64,000 nt of DNA, from contig NC_068997.1 in the NCBI RefSeq assembly GCF_001194135.2, forward strand, positions 31,172,747-31,236,746. The letters are read 5' to 3'. A model generated the notes under the pieces. It worked only from the letters and a program-made list of their open reading frames with translations, was not told the DNA's origin and ran no database searches. The stretch is from Octopus bimaculoides. Taxonomy: Eukaryota. Shown here in pieces: positions 1-12,485 of this stretch (position 1 is its first letter; each line of letters begins with the position of its first letter). Both the position numbers and the translations under genes were made by a program.

Positions 1-345
1 AACAACTGACCAACTCCTTTCTCCCCTCCCCATTTTCACACATGCATACCTCAAGATCACCAGCATTCTATCTTTCACACACACAGCCCCTCGTTCTTCG
101 ATCACCGTTCTTTCTCCCCCTTTTGTTATCTCCCCCTTCTCTGAGCTCTCCTGTGTAAAATTTCTAACTTCCGGTCAGCCATAGCTATGATTGACCGTTG
201 ACCGAACACTATTCAATTTTTTTGTCCGTGTTTTTCTCCTTGTCTCCGTAGCTCGAAACGTTAAAGACTTTCCGTATTCCCGAGCGTCATACTAATACAT
301 CCTTTTGTTGTTTACACCACCTGTCCTCGTCTGTTGTTGTTTTTT
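1..345 (+). mobile_element. 3' UTR/pLTR fragment of a Penelope-like element
   Basis: Similar by eye to the reverse complement of 13140-13420, the 3' UTR of the PLE at 13075-15198 (shared gctcgaa..aaagactttc..cgtca.actaatac). Confidence 0.6.
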
Positions 346-369
346 CGTACATTCTCCCATATATAAATA

Positions 370-411
370 CATACACGTACACAATGCACACATATGTATA
401 TATATATATAA

Positions 412-458
<47 letters not shown>

Positions 459-1103
459 NNNNNNNNNNNNNNNNNNNNNNNNNNNNNNNNNNNNNNNNNN
501 NNNNNNNNNNNNNNNNNNNNNNNNNNNNNNNNNNNNNNNNNNNNNNNNNNNNNNNNNNNNNNNNNNNNNNNNNNNNNNNNNNNNNNNNNNNNNNNNNNNN
601 NNNNNNNNNNNNNNNNNNNNNNNNNNNNNNNNNNNNNNNNNNNNNNNNNNNNNNNNNNNNNNNNNNNNNNNNNNNNNNNNNNNNNNNNNNNNNNNNNNNN
701 NNNNNNNNNNNNNNNNNNNNNNNNNNNNNNNNNNNNNNNNNNNNNNNNNNNNNNNNNNNNNNNNNNNNNNNNNNNNNNNNNNNNNNNNNNNNNNNNNNNN
801 NNNNNNNNNNNNNNNNNNNNNNNNNNNNNNNNNNNNNNNNNNNNNNNNNNNNNNNNNNNNNNNNNNNNNNNNNNNNNNNNNNNNNNNNNNNNNNNNNNNN
901 NNNNNNNNNNNNNNNNNNNNNNNNNNNNNNNNNNNNNNNNNNNNNNNNNNNNNNNNNNNNNNNNNNNNNNNNNNNNNNNNNNNNNNNNNATATACAAGTA
1001 TATAATTGTAAAATATTAGTAAAATTTACCTATGAGGTTTTATTTCCGCGCTGACCACCTGGTAAATATCATTAAATAAACTGTACCCTTTATTATTATT
1101 ATG

Positions 1104-1137
<34 letters not shown>

Positions 1138-2040
1138 CACATATATACACACATACATATACATACATACATACATATATGTGTCCATAAACGCACTATT
1201 ATGCTCGTATATACATCTCTACACGCACACACATACGTATATACATATACATATTTATGCATATATATGTGAAAAAATATATATATAAATATACAAAAAT
1301 ATAAAAATATAGACACTCGTACGTATACATGTATATATGTTTTCATATTCACACAGAAAAATCCGGACACTTATCTTAAAACTTATATAAATAAATATAC
1401 TCATACAAAAACGTAAACAATATACATATATGCACACACGTAACAGGCATATGTTCACACTCGCCACATGTATGAATACACATGTATATACATACATATA
1501 CTCACGCGCGTATATACATACCCATGCGTATGCATATATATGTACAAATATATACACACACATACGTATGTATGCATGCTCAACATCATCCTTGCATAGA
1601 TATATGCCTATAATTATATATAGACGTTTATACAAATGAAAATACATACACAAACATAAAACGTATATATAAAAAAAATATATATATGTACACTCGTACA
1701 GGTATATATTCACACTTGCCCCAAACATGAATATACATATATATATATATATATATGTATGGTGGTGCATATATATACATATACACCGTCTTATCCACCA
1801 ACACACCTACAACTTCTGATATACAAGCGTATATATATACATATATGTATAAAGGGAGGAGATATGTGCATGACAGTCACGCTTATGCAACGGATACAGT
1901 CTTATACTTATACATATATTCGTACACATATATACACATGCACACACATACACATTTAATATATACTTATACATACAAATATTACACGCGTATATAATCA
2001 CACAACTGAAAGAGGGGGGGGATGAAAAAATGTTCCAAAT
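370..2040. repeat. (CA)n/(TA)n low-complexity region including an assembly gap at 459-989
   Basis: Direct reading. Other gaps lie at ~7854-7863, 17173-18006, 18849-19293 and 22648-22931. Confidence 0.95.
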
Positions 2041-2109
2041 ATATATATAAAGCAATAAAAATATATAAAAAATGTTATGACATATGAAAGGCTTGTACAT
2101 GGACATAAT

Positions 2110-3100
2110 AAAATTAAGCAGGTTCTATCTGTGATCTGGGGGTGCCCAAAAACGTAACAAGTTTTTTTTCATATGTGGACATGATCTAAAATGTTCAGTT
2201 CTTGAATTTAGACATGTAGCGGGGCTAAAGAACTTTTCCAGATGAGCAATCTTTCCATATCGCAAAGACCGCACTTTCCACTGCCGTTGGTGTAAGGTTT
2301 ACACTTGGCCAAGATCTTCCAGTGAATCTTATAGCTGACACTTTGTTCTTTTAAGGACCATATATAACTGGATAGTTTGGTCGTTTTTCTTTTATCCCAG
2401 TGTTTGAAGCTTAAGGTGTGATTATTGAAACTAGCTTTAAAATTTCCCTCTGTAAGACTCACATATTTCTTTGAAAAAACTGTGTCCTGAGCGGTCGTAG
2501 AATCTACGGTGACTTCATAAATGATGGTCTCGGTCATGCAAGCTTCATTTAGCGGGCACATCTCTTTATCTCTGCAGGAACAGCCGGCTTCATGTTGTTT
2601 TTGTGTGCTGTGTGCAATTCTATTTCTAAAATTTATGGTTGAACTAAAACTAATTTTTAGGTTTTGCCTATTAAAGAGCTTCCTATATTTATGATGTATT
2701 GGAAAGTGCCTATTTATAAGTGATACGATATACTTACTTATATTAAAAATTCACTTCGGAGGAGTAAGGGAGTGTGAACTAGATAACTTTCCTATTCCTA
2801 TGTTTTCTTTTCTTTAGTTCTGAACTAATAACAGATGTATAAGTTATTTATTCTCTAAAACCACTATCTTTAAGAGCTTTATTATATACTGGGGCAACAT
2901 TATTAAATATTTTTATATCGGAGGGGAGGCTAGAAATTCTCCGACTAATATTTTTAACTAAATTCTTAAACACTATGGGGGGGGGGCAGGAACCTACATC
3001 AATATATCTAAGTCTATCGTTGGGCTTTCTATAGGGTTTGTAAATATTCTTATTTAAATCTAAACATGCATCAAGGAAAATCCACAACACCAACAATAAC
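2110..3100 (-). mobile_element. Penelope-like element, 5'-truncated (RT thumb + GIY-YIG); CxC..CPL..C / CxLC type, possibly Naiad-like
   Basis: LDLNKNIYKPYRKPNDRLRYI..PPP (thumb); CSCRDKEMCPLNEAC..IIYEVTV..KYVSLTEGNFK..NNH..SF..LSSYIWSLK..CGLC (degenerate GIY-YIG). Confidence 0.85.
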
Positions 3101-3571
3101 GAAGGCGGTATCGGTGATTGAGGCTGTGGCTTTATTGTTGCGGAAGAAATGGCAGCCGCAGAAGCAGTAAAAGCGACAATAGTAGAAAGAGCAGTAGAAG
3201 TAGAGACAGCAGCAGCAACAGGATCAGCCCCAGTAGTACCACCACAGTCTTCACTGCCAACATTGACACGATTATCAATAGAAAGGACCACGCATGTCGC
3301 CCCTCAACACAACTCCCCTTTTGTATCTCTCTCAAATACGCACTCACACAAAGACACCCCCACGCACCCAATCTTATCTGGGACGGATTGCACAGATTCT
3401 GTTTCTTCTACACCTCGATATAAGGATGAGGAGGAACATATAAAACTGACAAAACAAAAACAGAAACACAGGAAAGAGCAGCCAGGCTCACACCAACACA
3501 CACAGGTAAACACACAAAAAAAAAAACTCTTAAAAAAAAGTAGTCACAGGACAACAACACAAAACTCACCA

Positions 3572-3712
3572 GTTCAATAAGCGCGGAATGATGAAGTCAC
3601 CAGATCGAAAGAAATGGAAAGTATATAATTGATTAAAGCTCATTCTTTGAATGAAAAAATGACTTTTATTTCACACTAAAGAACTGAAATTACTTTTTTG
3701 CCAACCCAGTAT
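3572..3712 (+). mobile_element. Mariner 3' end with right TIR
   Basis: FNKRGMMKSPDR.. resembles the mariner C-terminus; followed by aattacttttttgccaacccag-TA, a mariner-type TIR. Confidence 0.6.
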
Positions 3713-3859
3713 ATGCGTGTATGTCTGTGTGCATGTCTGTGTGTATGTGTCTACTTGTACTCACTGGTACGTACAAGTATGTGTATGTACAAATGTATGC
3801 ATGGAGAAGTGAAATATCAGCAAGGACATAAGCAAAAACACTGATAGGCCTGAAGAGTG

Positions 3860-4480
3860 ATGCACTGGCCAAAATATAGTTTTATATATTTACATTTGTA
3901 AATCTATTTCAACATATAATGGTCAAAGTAGGTTTAAGACCGATGATGACAGTTCTATTCTTTCGTTAATTTATTTTTAACAAAACTGTAATGGTGTGGG
4001 CCGCGTTCATCATTAAGTGTTGGTCCAGTTGTTAAGGTCGATGGTAGACTGAACCGTGTAGGCTATCTGCAATTAGTAAATGAAAATGTGCTGCCATATT
4101 GAAATAATCAGATGCCATCGGGGTATATTTTCCATCGGCACAATTGCCTCGTTCATAAGGCTAGGAACGTTTTGCAATATTTTGAGCGTTATAATATGAT
4201 GGCATATAAAATTAATGGAGTTATGTTTCTAAAAGAGCTCATGCTTAAAAAAACCCAACAAATTTGTCCCAGTTATATAATTTTATTGAAGAAATATGTT
4301 AGAACATTCCAACTGATTTTGTGTTCATTTGTCGAACTCCTGGTTGTAAGGCCGTAATTGAAAATAATGGCTATGGAACTAGATAATAATAAATGTTTGT
4401 TCATTGAGCTTTTGGGCTGTAAATTTTCAATAGAAACAAAATAATGTTGGTACGGTCTTAAACTTATTTTGCTGACAAAT
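3860..4480 (+). mobile_element. Tc1-like transposase remnant (DDE C-terminal half)
   Basis: Frameshifted VMVWAAF..GPVVKVDGRLN..Y..ENVLPY..FHRHNC.VHKA..V and WSYV..NPTNLSQL..IP..CKAVIENNGYGT. Confidence 0.7.
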
Positions 4481-4577
4481 TTTCATAATTTGAATTAATT
4501 GCGCATTAAAATTATTCAAATTGTAGAAAGATATATAACACCTATATCATACGAAAGAGAAAAAAATATTAAAAAAA

Positions 4578-4791
4578 AAAAGATATTCTACATGTATATA
4601 TAACAATATCTAAGAATCTTCACTTATCATAACTTTAAAAAATGCAATAATCCGTATATTGTTAGATCGCTTGAGGAAAAATAAGTGTATTTTAATCTTG
4701 AGTTACGAAATAACTTATTTGAGGATAATGTTTAGATATTTTCAAATGTAAACAAACTTCCTTTAAAAGACGCATAGTTCATGTGCTTAGA
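4578..4791. repeat. Left arm of a long inverted repeat (partner 7267-7490)
   Basis: Aligns by eye to the reverse complement of 7267-7490, including ..gacgcatagttcatgtgcttaga / tctaagcacatgaactatgcgtc. Confidence 0.85.
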
Positions 4792-6176
4792 AATTTGGTG
4801 CTTACAGTTCGGCTTGTATCCGAGACTTTTGTGGCCACTTTTAATATACGGAGTAGCATTGTCACGAGTTCAGATCATTGAACAAAAATGTAATGTGTTC
4901 ATTAGAAAGTGGCTAGGCCTACCGCGGATGTTGAACAGTTCTGCTCTTTATCGTAAAAGTGGCTCGTTGCATTTACTACTGGCGTCAATAGTCAAAATAT
5001 ATAAACTGGGGAATTTGATGATGCTGAGAGAGTCGAAGGATATGAAAATCAGGCGTTATCCACAAGAGGTGAAAACAGCCAGGAAGTGGAAAGCAGAAGC
5101 AAAATTATTGAAAGGGACTTCATTTTGGCGCAAATTAATTCAGACCGTTTGCAAGTGTGCTGCAGAGCGAACGCAGGTCTGTTAGAAACAGCGTCAAAAC
5201 GAAAGAAGCAAAGAGAAGAGAGCTTCATTTGATCCAATGTATTCAACAAGGACAGATTACGAGATGAGAGAAACATGTTATTGAGAGGAAAATACGTTGG
5301 GACGAAATATGTAGGTGGACCATTTCTCGGTTTACTGATTCGTTCATCCTTTGATGTTTTGCCATCACCTATAAAAAATCTAGTCAGATGGAACGTCTCA
5401 GAAAATGATATACACAAATGCGGAAAGATCGGAACACCGAAACATATTCTTTCCAAGTGTCCATTAGCAATGAACAAGTATACATGGAGATACAACCTTG
5501 TCCTTAAGGTTATCTTCAATGCTATAAAGAACCAAATTGATCTCAACAACAGTGGAAAGAAACTGCTGAAAGTACCAGCCAAAGATTTCATTAACTTCGT
5601 GCACTCAGGACAGCGGATCCATTTCAAGAAGAACAACAAACTTCCTGTGAGCGATGAATAGTGAAATGGCTATTAGGAGGTGACTGCAGATTTACCAGGG
5701 TGCCAGGGACTCTTTTCCGTCCCAATTACGAAAAACTAGACATTTCAATGTGGTGTGAAGAAAAGAAAGTTGTCAATCTAGTCGAGTTAACAGTTCCTCA
5801 TGAAGATAACATGGACGCAATTATGTAAACCTCCTCGAGGAATGTGAAAACGAAGGCTGGAAATCGCAGTCGGATGTAGAGGGTTTGTTGGAAACAGTGT
5901 GAGACGACTGTTGTTATCGTTAGGCCTAACTCATCGTAAAGTAAATACCACCATGACCGATATTCAAACTACAGTGGAAAAGGCTAGCCAAATGATGAGC
6001 GATGGCTAGAAGAATATTCAGTTATTTAATAACCAGTTGGTCTAGCAAGCTTGGCCTCATATCAGGGAGCGGGGACGGTGTGCAATGATGCCGTCGTGAG
6101 GTAGGCTGCGAAACGGCACGCATTCTCTCCTGATGACCCTGTAGTGAAACCTCTCCCTCGGGCATTCAATCACAAA
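4792..6176 (+). mobile_element. HERO-like RLE non-LTR retrotransposon, 5'-truncated and decayed
   Basis: LYPRLLWPLLIY..RKWLGLPRML.SSALY (thumb); C..CGKIGT.KHILSKC..Y.WRYNLVL (CCHC); LVELTVPHEDN (RLE); 3' UTR follows. Confidence 0.8.
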
Positions 6177-7072
6177 TGATAACGAAGTTGCTAACATCTA
6201 GCCTTCGGCTACCTTGGACCCTTCTGTTCACCACCCTGATTGGTTCTTATTTGCGCGGCAATTGTCCCCAGTTCTGCTTCGCTCCAGGGTGCATACCGTC
6301 CAATAGTGACCTTCTAATAAGGTTACGTGAGAGAGTGATTTCTGCCTTGTCTCTGGAGCCCCCTGTACATCTATAAATAAGCCTGTTTGAACCCGCCAGT
6401 CGTCTTCGATTTCAGATCTCTCATAGAGAGATCTGACCACACACACATACAGAACACAGCTCCAGTTAGTTTCCAGCGACGACGTCTTCACCACCAATCT
6501 CCTGTCTACCACAATTTCGTCGCCAGCAACACCACCACCAGGGTACACACCAACATCAACAAACGCGGTTTTATCTCGACGCTGTATGAGTGGATTATTT
6601 CCACCACGAACAACAGTCAGAACTAACCTGCGAGAATATTCCGTACCAGGTACCCGGTCACAGCATCGACGCTCAACACAATATTGTGATACAACAGCTC
6701 TGCTCCTTGGCCAAAACTTCCTGCGTATGAACATTCTATATCTTGTGTAACTCTTATGCGAACTGGTTTTCTCTATCTCAGTGTTTGAGACTTTTGTAGT
6801 TTACTCACACACACACTTGTACTCTCACATATTGTACACACACTCTTGCTTATACGACAGTCCATCATTTCATATTGTTGTATACATGCTCTTGTACATG
6901 AAGGCCTGACTAATGTATTGTGTTATTTATATATGCCGCATGCACGCACACAGACACTACAGTTTCACTATGTTAATAAACTTACTCTCTTTATATATCT
7001 AACGGTTGTGTTTGTCACTCTCTGATTCCTTCTGGCACTTGGCTCGTATCTCTCACGACGAGCCTTCTATGA
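6177..7072 (+). mobile_element. Probable solo LTR
   Basis: Non-coding, starts TG, with CCAAT (~6300), TATAAATA (~6374) and AATAAA (~6975) in U3-R-U5 order. The terminal CA and a TSD were not confirmed. Confidence 0.4.
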
Positions 7073-7266
7073 TATATATTATGTTTTTGTGTTCGACCGT
7101 GCGACGCGTTAAAAGGAGCCTTTTCCGTCTCGTCCCCATTCTCCTTTGGTTTGCACGGTCGTTCTATTACAACCACATACACTTCCTAGCTTTCGGTATG
7201 CAGAGTTCTCGACTGCTAGCACTTGCATGTGCAAGTTGCTTGCAGAACATGCTTGGACAATAAATG

Positions 7267-7490
7267 TCTAAGCACATGAACTATGCGTCTTTTAAAGTAA
7301 GTTTGTTTACATTTGAAAATATCTAAACATTATCTTCAAATAATTTATTTCGTAACTCAAGATTAAAATACATCTATTTTTCCTGAAGAGATCTAACAAT
7401 ATATAGATTATTGCATCTTTTAAAGTTATAATTATTGATGATTCTTAAATATTGTTATATAGAAGCATATATGTATGTAGAATATCTTTC
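7267..7490. repeat. Right arm of a long inverted repeat (partner 4578-4791)
   Basis: Reverse-complement match to 4578-4791. Confidence 0.85.
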
Positions 7491-7797
7491 TTTTATTATA
7501 TATTTTTGGGTTATTTTGTTGGTTGAGGCAGCTCCTTTATACTCTTATAGGTATATATTTTCATATTTTAATTTGAATTACTTTTCCAGTTGTAATACAA
7601 ATAAAACAAACCAAGCATCTCTTTAATTTTTCTTCTCCAATTTTCTTTTATTGACATTTTAATTTCATGGTACTGTTTATACACATATATATTGATGATT
7701 TTCCTATCAATATATTTAGTTAAACCCAGTTGGCATCAGGATTATTTTTAACAATCCCTTACGTGGATAGTGCTTCCTCAAATTCTTAATATATGTG

Positions 7798-7853
<56 letters not shown>

Positions 7854-7865
7854 NNNNNNNNNNAC

Positions 7866-7902
<37 letters not shown>

Positions 7903-8574
7903 TAAATATATATATATGTATGTATATATACATACTCATTGTCCAGAAATCTTTTGTCATACATCTGTGACCTCTTCGGTCAGACTTTCCGTCCTCGTGT
8001 TTGCTCTTGATCCACTTATTCCATTGTTCTTTATGTGACGTGTGTTCTCATATATATATATATGTGTGTGTGTGTGTATTTGTGTGTGAGTGTGGTTGTG
8101 TGTGTGTGTGTGTCTGTGTCTGTGTACATGTGCATGTGTTTGTGTGTGTATATGGGTTCGCTTACTATGTTATTTGTTTCTGTGCCCTGCATACATCTTT
8201 TTGTTTACCTATTTATCTCTATTTGTTATACTACCAGAAAGACCACTCCGTGAGTGGTTTTCTTCTAGTTAAACTTGATGTATGTCTATACTACAGGCAG
8301 TGTATGTGTGTGTGTGTGTGAGAGAGAGAGAGGTGGAGCAAGAAGACATTGCAAATAATGAATAAAATAAGCATGAACTGAAAACATCGTATAAATCAAA
8401 GCTCGTTAGAAACTATCTTTTACCGAATTTTTAAATATGTGAACTTGAAATATTCAATAAAAAAACGAAGTTCAGAAAGTAAATTTTCCTGAAAACTTAC
8501 TTATAAATAATCTCACATGCTTAGTAAATATTTCTTTCGGTAATTTATCGTAGTTGTAATATATGCCTAACTCT

Positions 8575-8975
8575 GAACTAAACCTAGTGATGGAAAGAGA
8601 CCAGATGGTCTTACCTTATTAGAGGTAGGTGCCTCATTTGGGACGCCGCAGTGTGCGATTCCTTAACTCCCTCTCACATCGTGGATGCTGCATTTAATGG
8701 GGTGCGGTGGGATGTCACTTCTATAGCCGAACGGAAGAAAACCCTGAAGTATCGGGACCTGACAATGAACTATCTCTTTCAAGCTGTGGCGTTTGAGACG
8801 TTCAGAGTGACTGGACCATTAACCGCGAAGTTCTTGTCAATGTTGGCAGCTCGCCTCATTGAGGTGTCAGGTAATGCCCGTGTGGACAGTTGGCTTTCCC
8901 AACGCCTTAGACACGGTATCGCCCGTGGAAAGGCTGCGAGTGTTCTGGCTTGCTTCACTAGGTTCCGTTAGACCT
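8575..8975 (+). mobile_element. CRE-clade non-LTR retrotransposon, RLE domain fragment
   Basis: DGKRPDGLTL..CLIWDAAVCDSL..AERKKTLKY..FQAVAFETF..FL..L..QRL..IARGKAASVL. Confidence 0.8.
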
Positions 8976-9399
8976 TGTAATGTAGGACCAGTTGCTGTGA
9001 TAATAATTAGATGAAAGTCTCCGGTAATTTTCTTTCATGTACATAAATATTTATGTTAATTTTAAAATTTGCCAGAAAAATATAATAAAATGACAATGTT
9101 CTAAAAGATGTACATGTTTTTATGCTATATATGAAAATAAAATGCTAAAGTTACTCCTATTTCAATAACCTTCAAGGTTTAGCTTACTAGAAATAGCGGC
9201 GATCACATAGTTATTATTGTAAGGCTTACAGTGTTCCAAACAACCATATCAACAAAATTACTTTATAATTTATTTTCTAAATTATACCGGTATATCAAAA
9301 ACTTTTTATTTCATCAAAAATAAGCCTGAAAGTTATACAGCTATTTTGTCTAATAGCATTCAATAAATAGTGTTTTTACATTACATATATCCTTATCAT

Positions 9400-9785
9400 G
9401 ATGGAGAAAGCTGCTCATTAATTAGGTATGTAACACTTATTAAAAGAAAACAATTATTAAAGGTTTCACCGTCTGGAAATTTTTTAATAAATTCATATTC
9501 CTAGAAAGTTTTGAGAGAGAGCGTGAGACTGTTACAAATGAAAACAGAAAACTTCGCTTGCAACGAATTAATATTCTTTATTAAATCTACTCCGCAGTGA
9601 AATCAACGAATATTTAAATTTGAGAAAAACTTTGTTCAAGTAGACAATAAACTTCAGAAATCGAAATTACAGGAAATTTCTTAGAATATGAATTTCTAAA
9701 AAAAATTTCCAGACGGTCAAACCCCTTAATAATTGCCTTCTTTTAGTAACTGTCACATGCCTAATTAATAAGCAGCTTTCTTCAT
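9400..9785. mobile_element. Non-autonomous MITE with ~110-bp inverted arms
   Basis: 9400-9510 (gaaagctgctcattaattagg..ccgtctggaaattt..) matches the reverse complement of 9670-9785. Confidence 0.7.
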
Positions 9786-9869
9786 TATAATAAAAATTTA
9801 TTATAGGTCTGTGCATATTTGTGTACTGTGTGAGTATTACATTGGTTGTATATGTATTTTTATCTCTTC

Positions 9870-11530
9870 TCATTTTAGTCGTTATGTTGCGTGGTGAGGT
9901 AGTGGTGGTGAGTGTTATTGTTCCATTCGTGTTTTCTGTTGAGGCCCGGCTTGTCTATTGCTGCGATTTGTCAAGTGTCGTGTCAGCTCTATGCGTTGAT
10001 AATACCTTAAACTCTATGTTAATAACTGAACCTCTATGTTCTGCTTGAGCGTGTTGGTAGAGCACTGACGAGCCAGTGACCGTCTATCCACTCCCCTATG
10101 CTGCATACTGTCTCTGCAATATAAGTAGTTGTCTTGTTTCTGCGCTACATCGTAACCTATACTCTATATTCCTAACCTTACAGTTCATCTTACATGCTAT
10201 ACAATTGTTCTTTGCATATGGCGACCTGTCGAAGAGATGAGTTCTACAGATCATGGATGTTATGGGGGCTCCAGGACTTTCTACTACTTTAATCCGTAGA
10301 TTAGCCTTATCTAATGCCTTTCTAAAATGGTATGTTAGTTCGCCGCCAGAAGTAGCGTCAACGAGCATGAACAGATATTTTTTGTTGTTATACCATGACT
10401 TGGTCTTATCTATACTTTTTCTGGTCCTTTCTGTGTTATTCAGGATTTACTCCTGTATAGTGGGCAGATCCCTTTTGCATCACTCTCTATGATGGCGTTT
10501 TACATAGCCCTGGATCCTATGTACATTCTAGTCCTGTCCTTTCAGTTGTAGCCAGATAACTGCATGCAATAGATGAATTGTTGTATGTGTCTTTCCAATT
10601 CTGTAGGGTCGCACATGCAGGACACATCCCTCATCATTCTCACCAAGTCTCCTATAAGAATATTGAACTTCGCGTTGACCGCAATAGCTGTGTTCTTGTG
10701 GACTAGGTATTTGGATGTCATGGGTTTAGAATAATGGGACTGAAAGATGTGGACCTTACTGTTCTTGGTTTATTTCTTTACTGCCCACAAGGGGCTACAC
10801 ACAGAGGGGACAAACAAGGACAGACAAACGGATTAAGTCGATTACATCGACCCAGTGTGTAACTGGTACTTAATTTATCGACCCTGAAAGGAGGAAAGGC
10901 AAAGTCGACCTCGGCGGAATTTGAACTCAGAACGTGACAGCAGACGAAATACCGCTAAACATTTCGCCAAGCGTGTTAACGATTCTGCCAGCTCGCCTTA
11001 CTGTTCTTGGTTTCCAACCAGAGTTCCATGTCTAAAACCGATAGTCTATACCTTGGATGATTGTTAGGGTAGTTTTATTGTTAATTTAACACTCTGGTGG
11101 ATGGAGTTAGCTATTTGCTCGACATTGTCTTGTAGGGGTGCTTTAGCTATTATGTTGATATCATCCACATAACAAGAGCACATTGTTAGGACTATGGAGT
11201 TCTCTGCTAATTTCTCTTTGAGTTTCCGATCCCACCATATCCACCATATCATAGGCGACAAATAAACAAATCTCTTGATACACTGAGTGGCTACTAGTAA
11301 CTCCAGGCACCGACAGACATATAGTATGCGTTTGAAGCTGAGAATTTGAATTTACGGAAACAATATTCATATAGCGCCAGAAGAAACACAAGCAGATCTC
11401 ATAAGGCAGGGAGACGGTTACATAACCAAATACCTGCAAGCCTGGAGAAGTGCGTTGCGTAGAAACAATTGTCGCGAGAGCAAATAAATGTCCAACCGTA
11501 CTCCTTCTTGTTGCCTCGAGCTTATTCATC
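9870..11530 (-). mobile_element. Penelope-like element (YVDD RT, KPM thumb, GIY-YIG), decayed and interrupted by a SINE
   Basis: MIWWDRKLKEKL..YVDDINII; HYSKPMTS; ATSGGEL..KVVESPG; C..C..YYIAET; QIAAI..PGLNRKHEW. Confidence 0.8.
10772..10997 (-). mobile_element. tRNA-derived cephalopod-type SINE, full length, with TSD
   Basis: Head GGCGAGCTGGCAGAATCGTT (A box) and GAGTTCAAATTCC (B box); direct repeat CCTTACTGTTCTTGGTTT at 10754-10771 and 10996-11013. Confidence 0.9.
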
Positions 11531-11592
11531 TTTTTTTCACACTACAGAAGCTCACACGAAAATATGTACGTAAGTATCATACTACTACTTGC

Positions 11593-11960
11593 AATGTTGT
11601 TATCAGTCCGAAAATGCTCGATGCACCTTCGAACTGGGAAGCGTGCTAATCAATGCGTTTTGTTACGGAGAATATATCTTGCTTGTATACAAACGGTGTA
11701 TAAACCCTAGATCAGCTCGCAGCGCCATCTACCTAGATTGAAAGATATTAACATATCGGAGTAGTTGTCTCCTTCGATGAGGTGACATCTACTCCAAAAC
11801 GTTAACATCCCACAATCTAGGTCGGTGACGCTGCGAACCGATCTAGTAGTATACTACCATTTGTCAACAAGCAAGATATGTTCTCCGTGACAAAACGCTG
11901 TGAGTAGCTTGTTCCTCAGTTCGAACACGCATGAAGCATATTCGAACTGGTAACAACATT
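11593..11960. mobile_element. Foldback (palindromic) element with ~170-bp arms
   Basis: gcgttttgttacggagaatatatcttgcttg..ctagatcagctcgcagcg..cctagattg matches the reverse complement of the right half; the centre has GGAGTAG/CTACTCC. Confidence 0.8.
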
Positions 11961-12290
11961 ATAATCCCACTTATCACAGCTTAGCGCTCCCACTCCGTAA
12001 AATACTACAAATGGAGAGCACAGGATGAAATTTGAAGGTGGACGAGCTTTACACTGCACTCTACTACGTTCGTAACGGAATATAACATGACTTATGAATA
12101 TATATATATATATAATTTAAATTAAGGGCATAATTATACATAAATGTCTCACGCTAGGAGGGACTCCTAAAGTCAAAACTACCATAATAAACACATTGTA
12201 CCGAACGCGAGGGAATGCAACTCTCGAAACGAGCCTCTTAAAATCAGGCTCAGTTGCATATCATATGATTTCGTAATTAGTGCACAAAAC

Positions 12291-12404
12291 GCAAATTTTA
12301 CTCGTCAGTGCAAGCATAGTCAAGACATATAAAGATAAACAAAAATCAATTTCTGCTTATTTTTATATGTCTTGACTATGCTTGTACTGTCGAGTAAAAT
12401 GTGC
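12291..12404. repeat. Near-perfect 48-bp inverted repeat with an 18-nt loop
   Basis: 12291-12338 vs 12357-12404: 44 of 48 positions are Watson-Crick, plus 2 G.T and 2 mismatches on the + strand. Confidence 0.9.
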
Positions 12405-12485
12405 ATACCTACATATATATGTATAAATACATATATAGGTACATGACGTAAAAATACTGTGGAAAATGAAAACGAGAACATAAAA

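Noticed and set aside
287-1997. Long ORFs of poly-X, HT/CV/YI repeats
   Set aside because: Artefacts of N gaps and (CA)n/(TA)n microsatellites. The same applies to ORFs at 7716-8321, 16872-19415 and 22342-23215.
7094-7245. Small inverted repeats (CGACCGTGC/GCACGGTCG; ACTTGCA/TGCAAGT)
   Set aside because: Too short to interpret without family context.
10900-10997. tRNA gene
   Set aside because: The A/B boxes belong to a SINE head with a body, tail and TSD; no complete cloverleaf.
11810-11900. LLTNGS resembling the TRPM LLENG motif
   Set aside because: Bounded by stops and part of a palindromic repeat arm.
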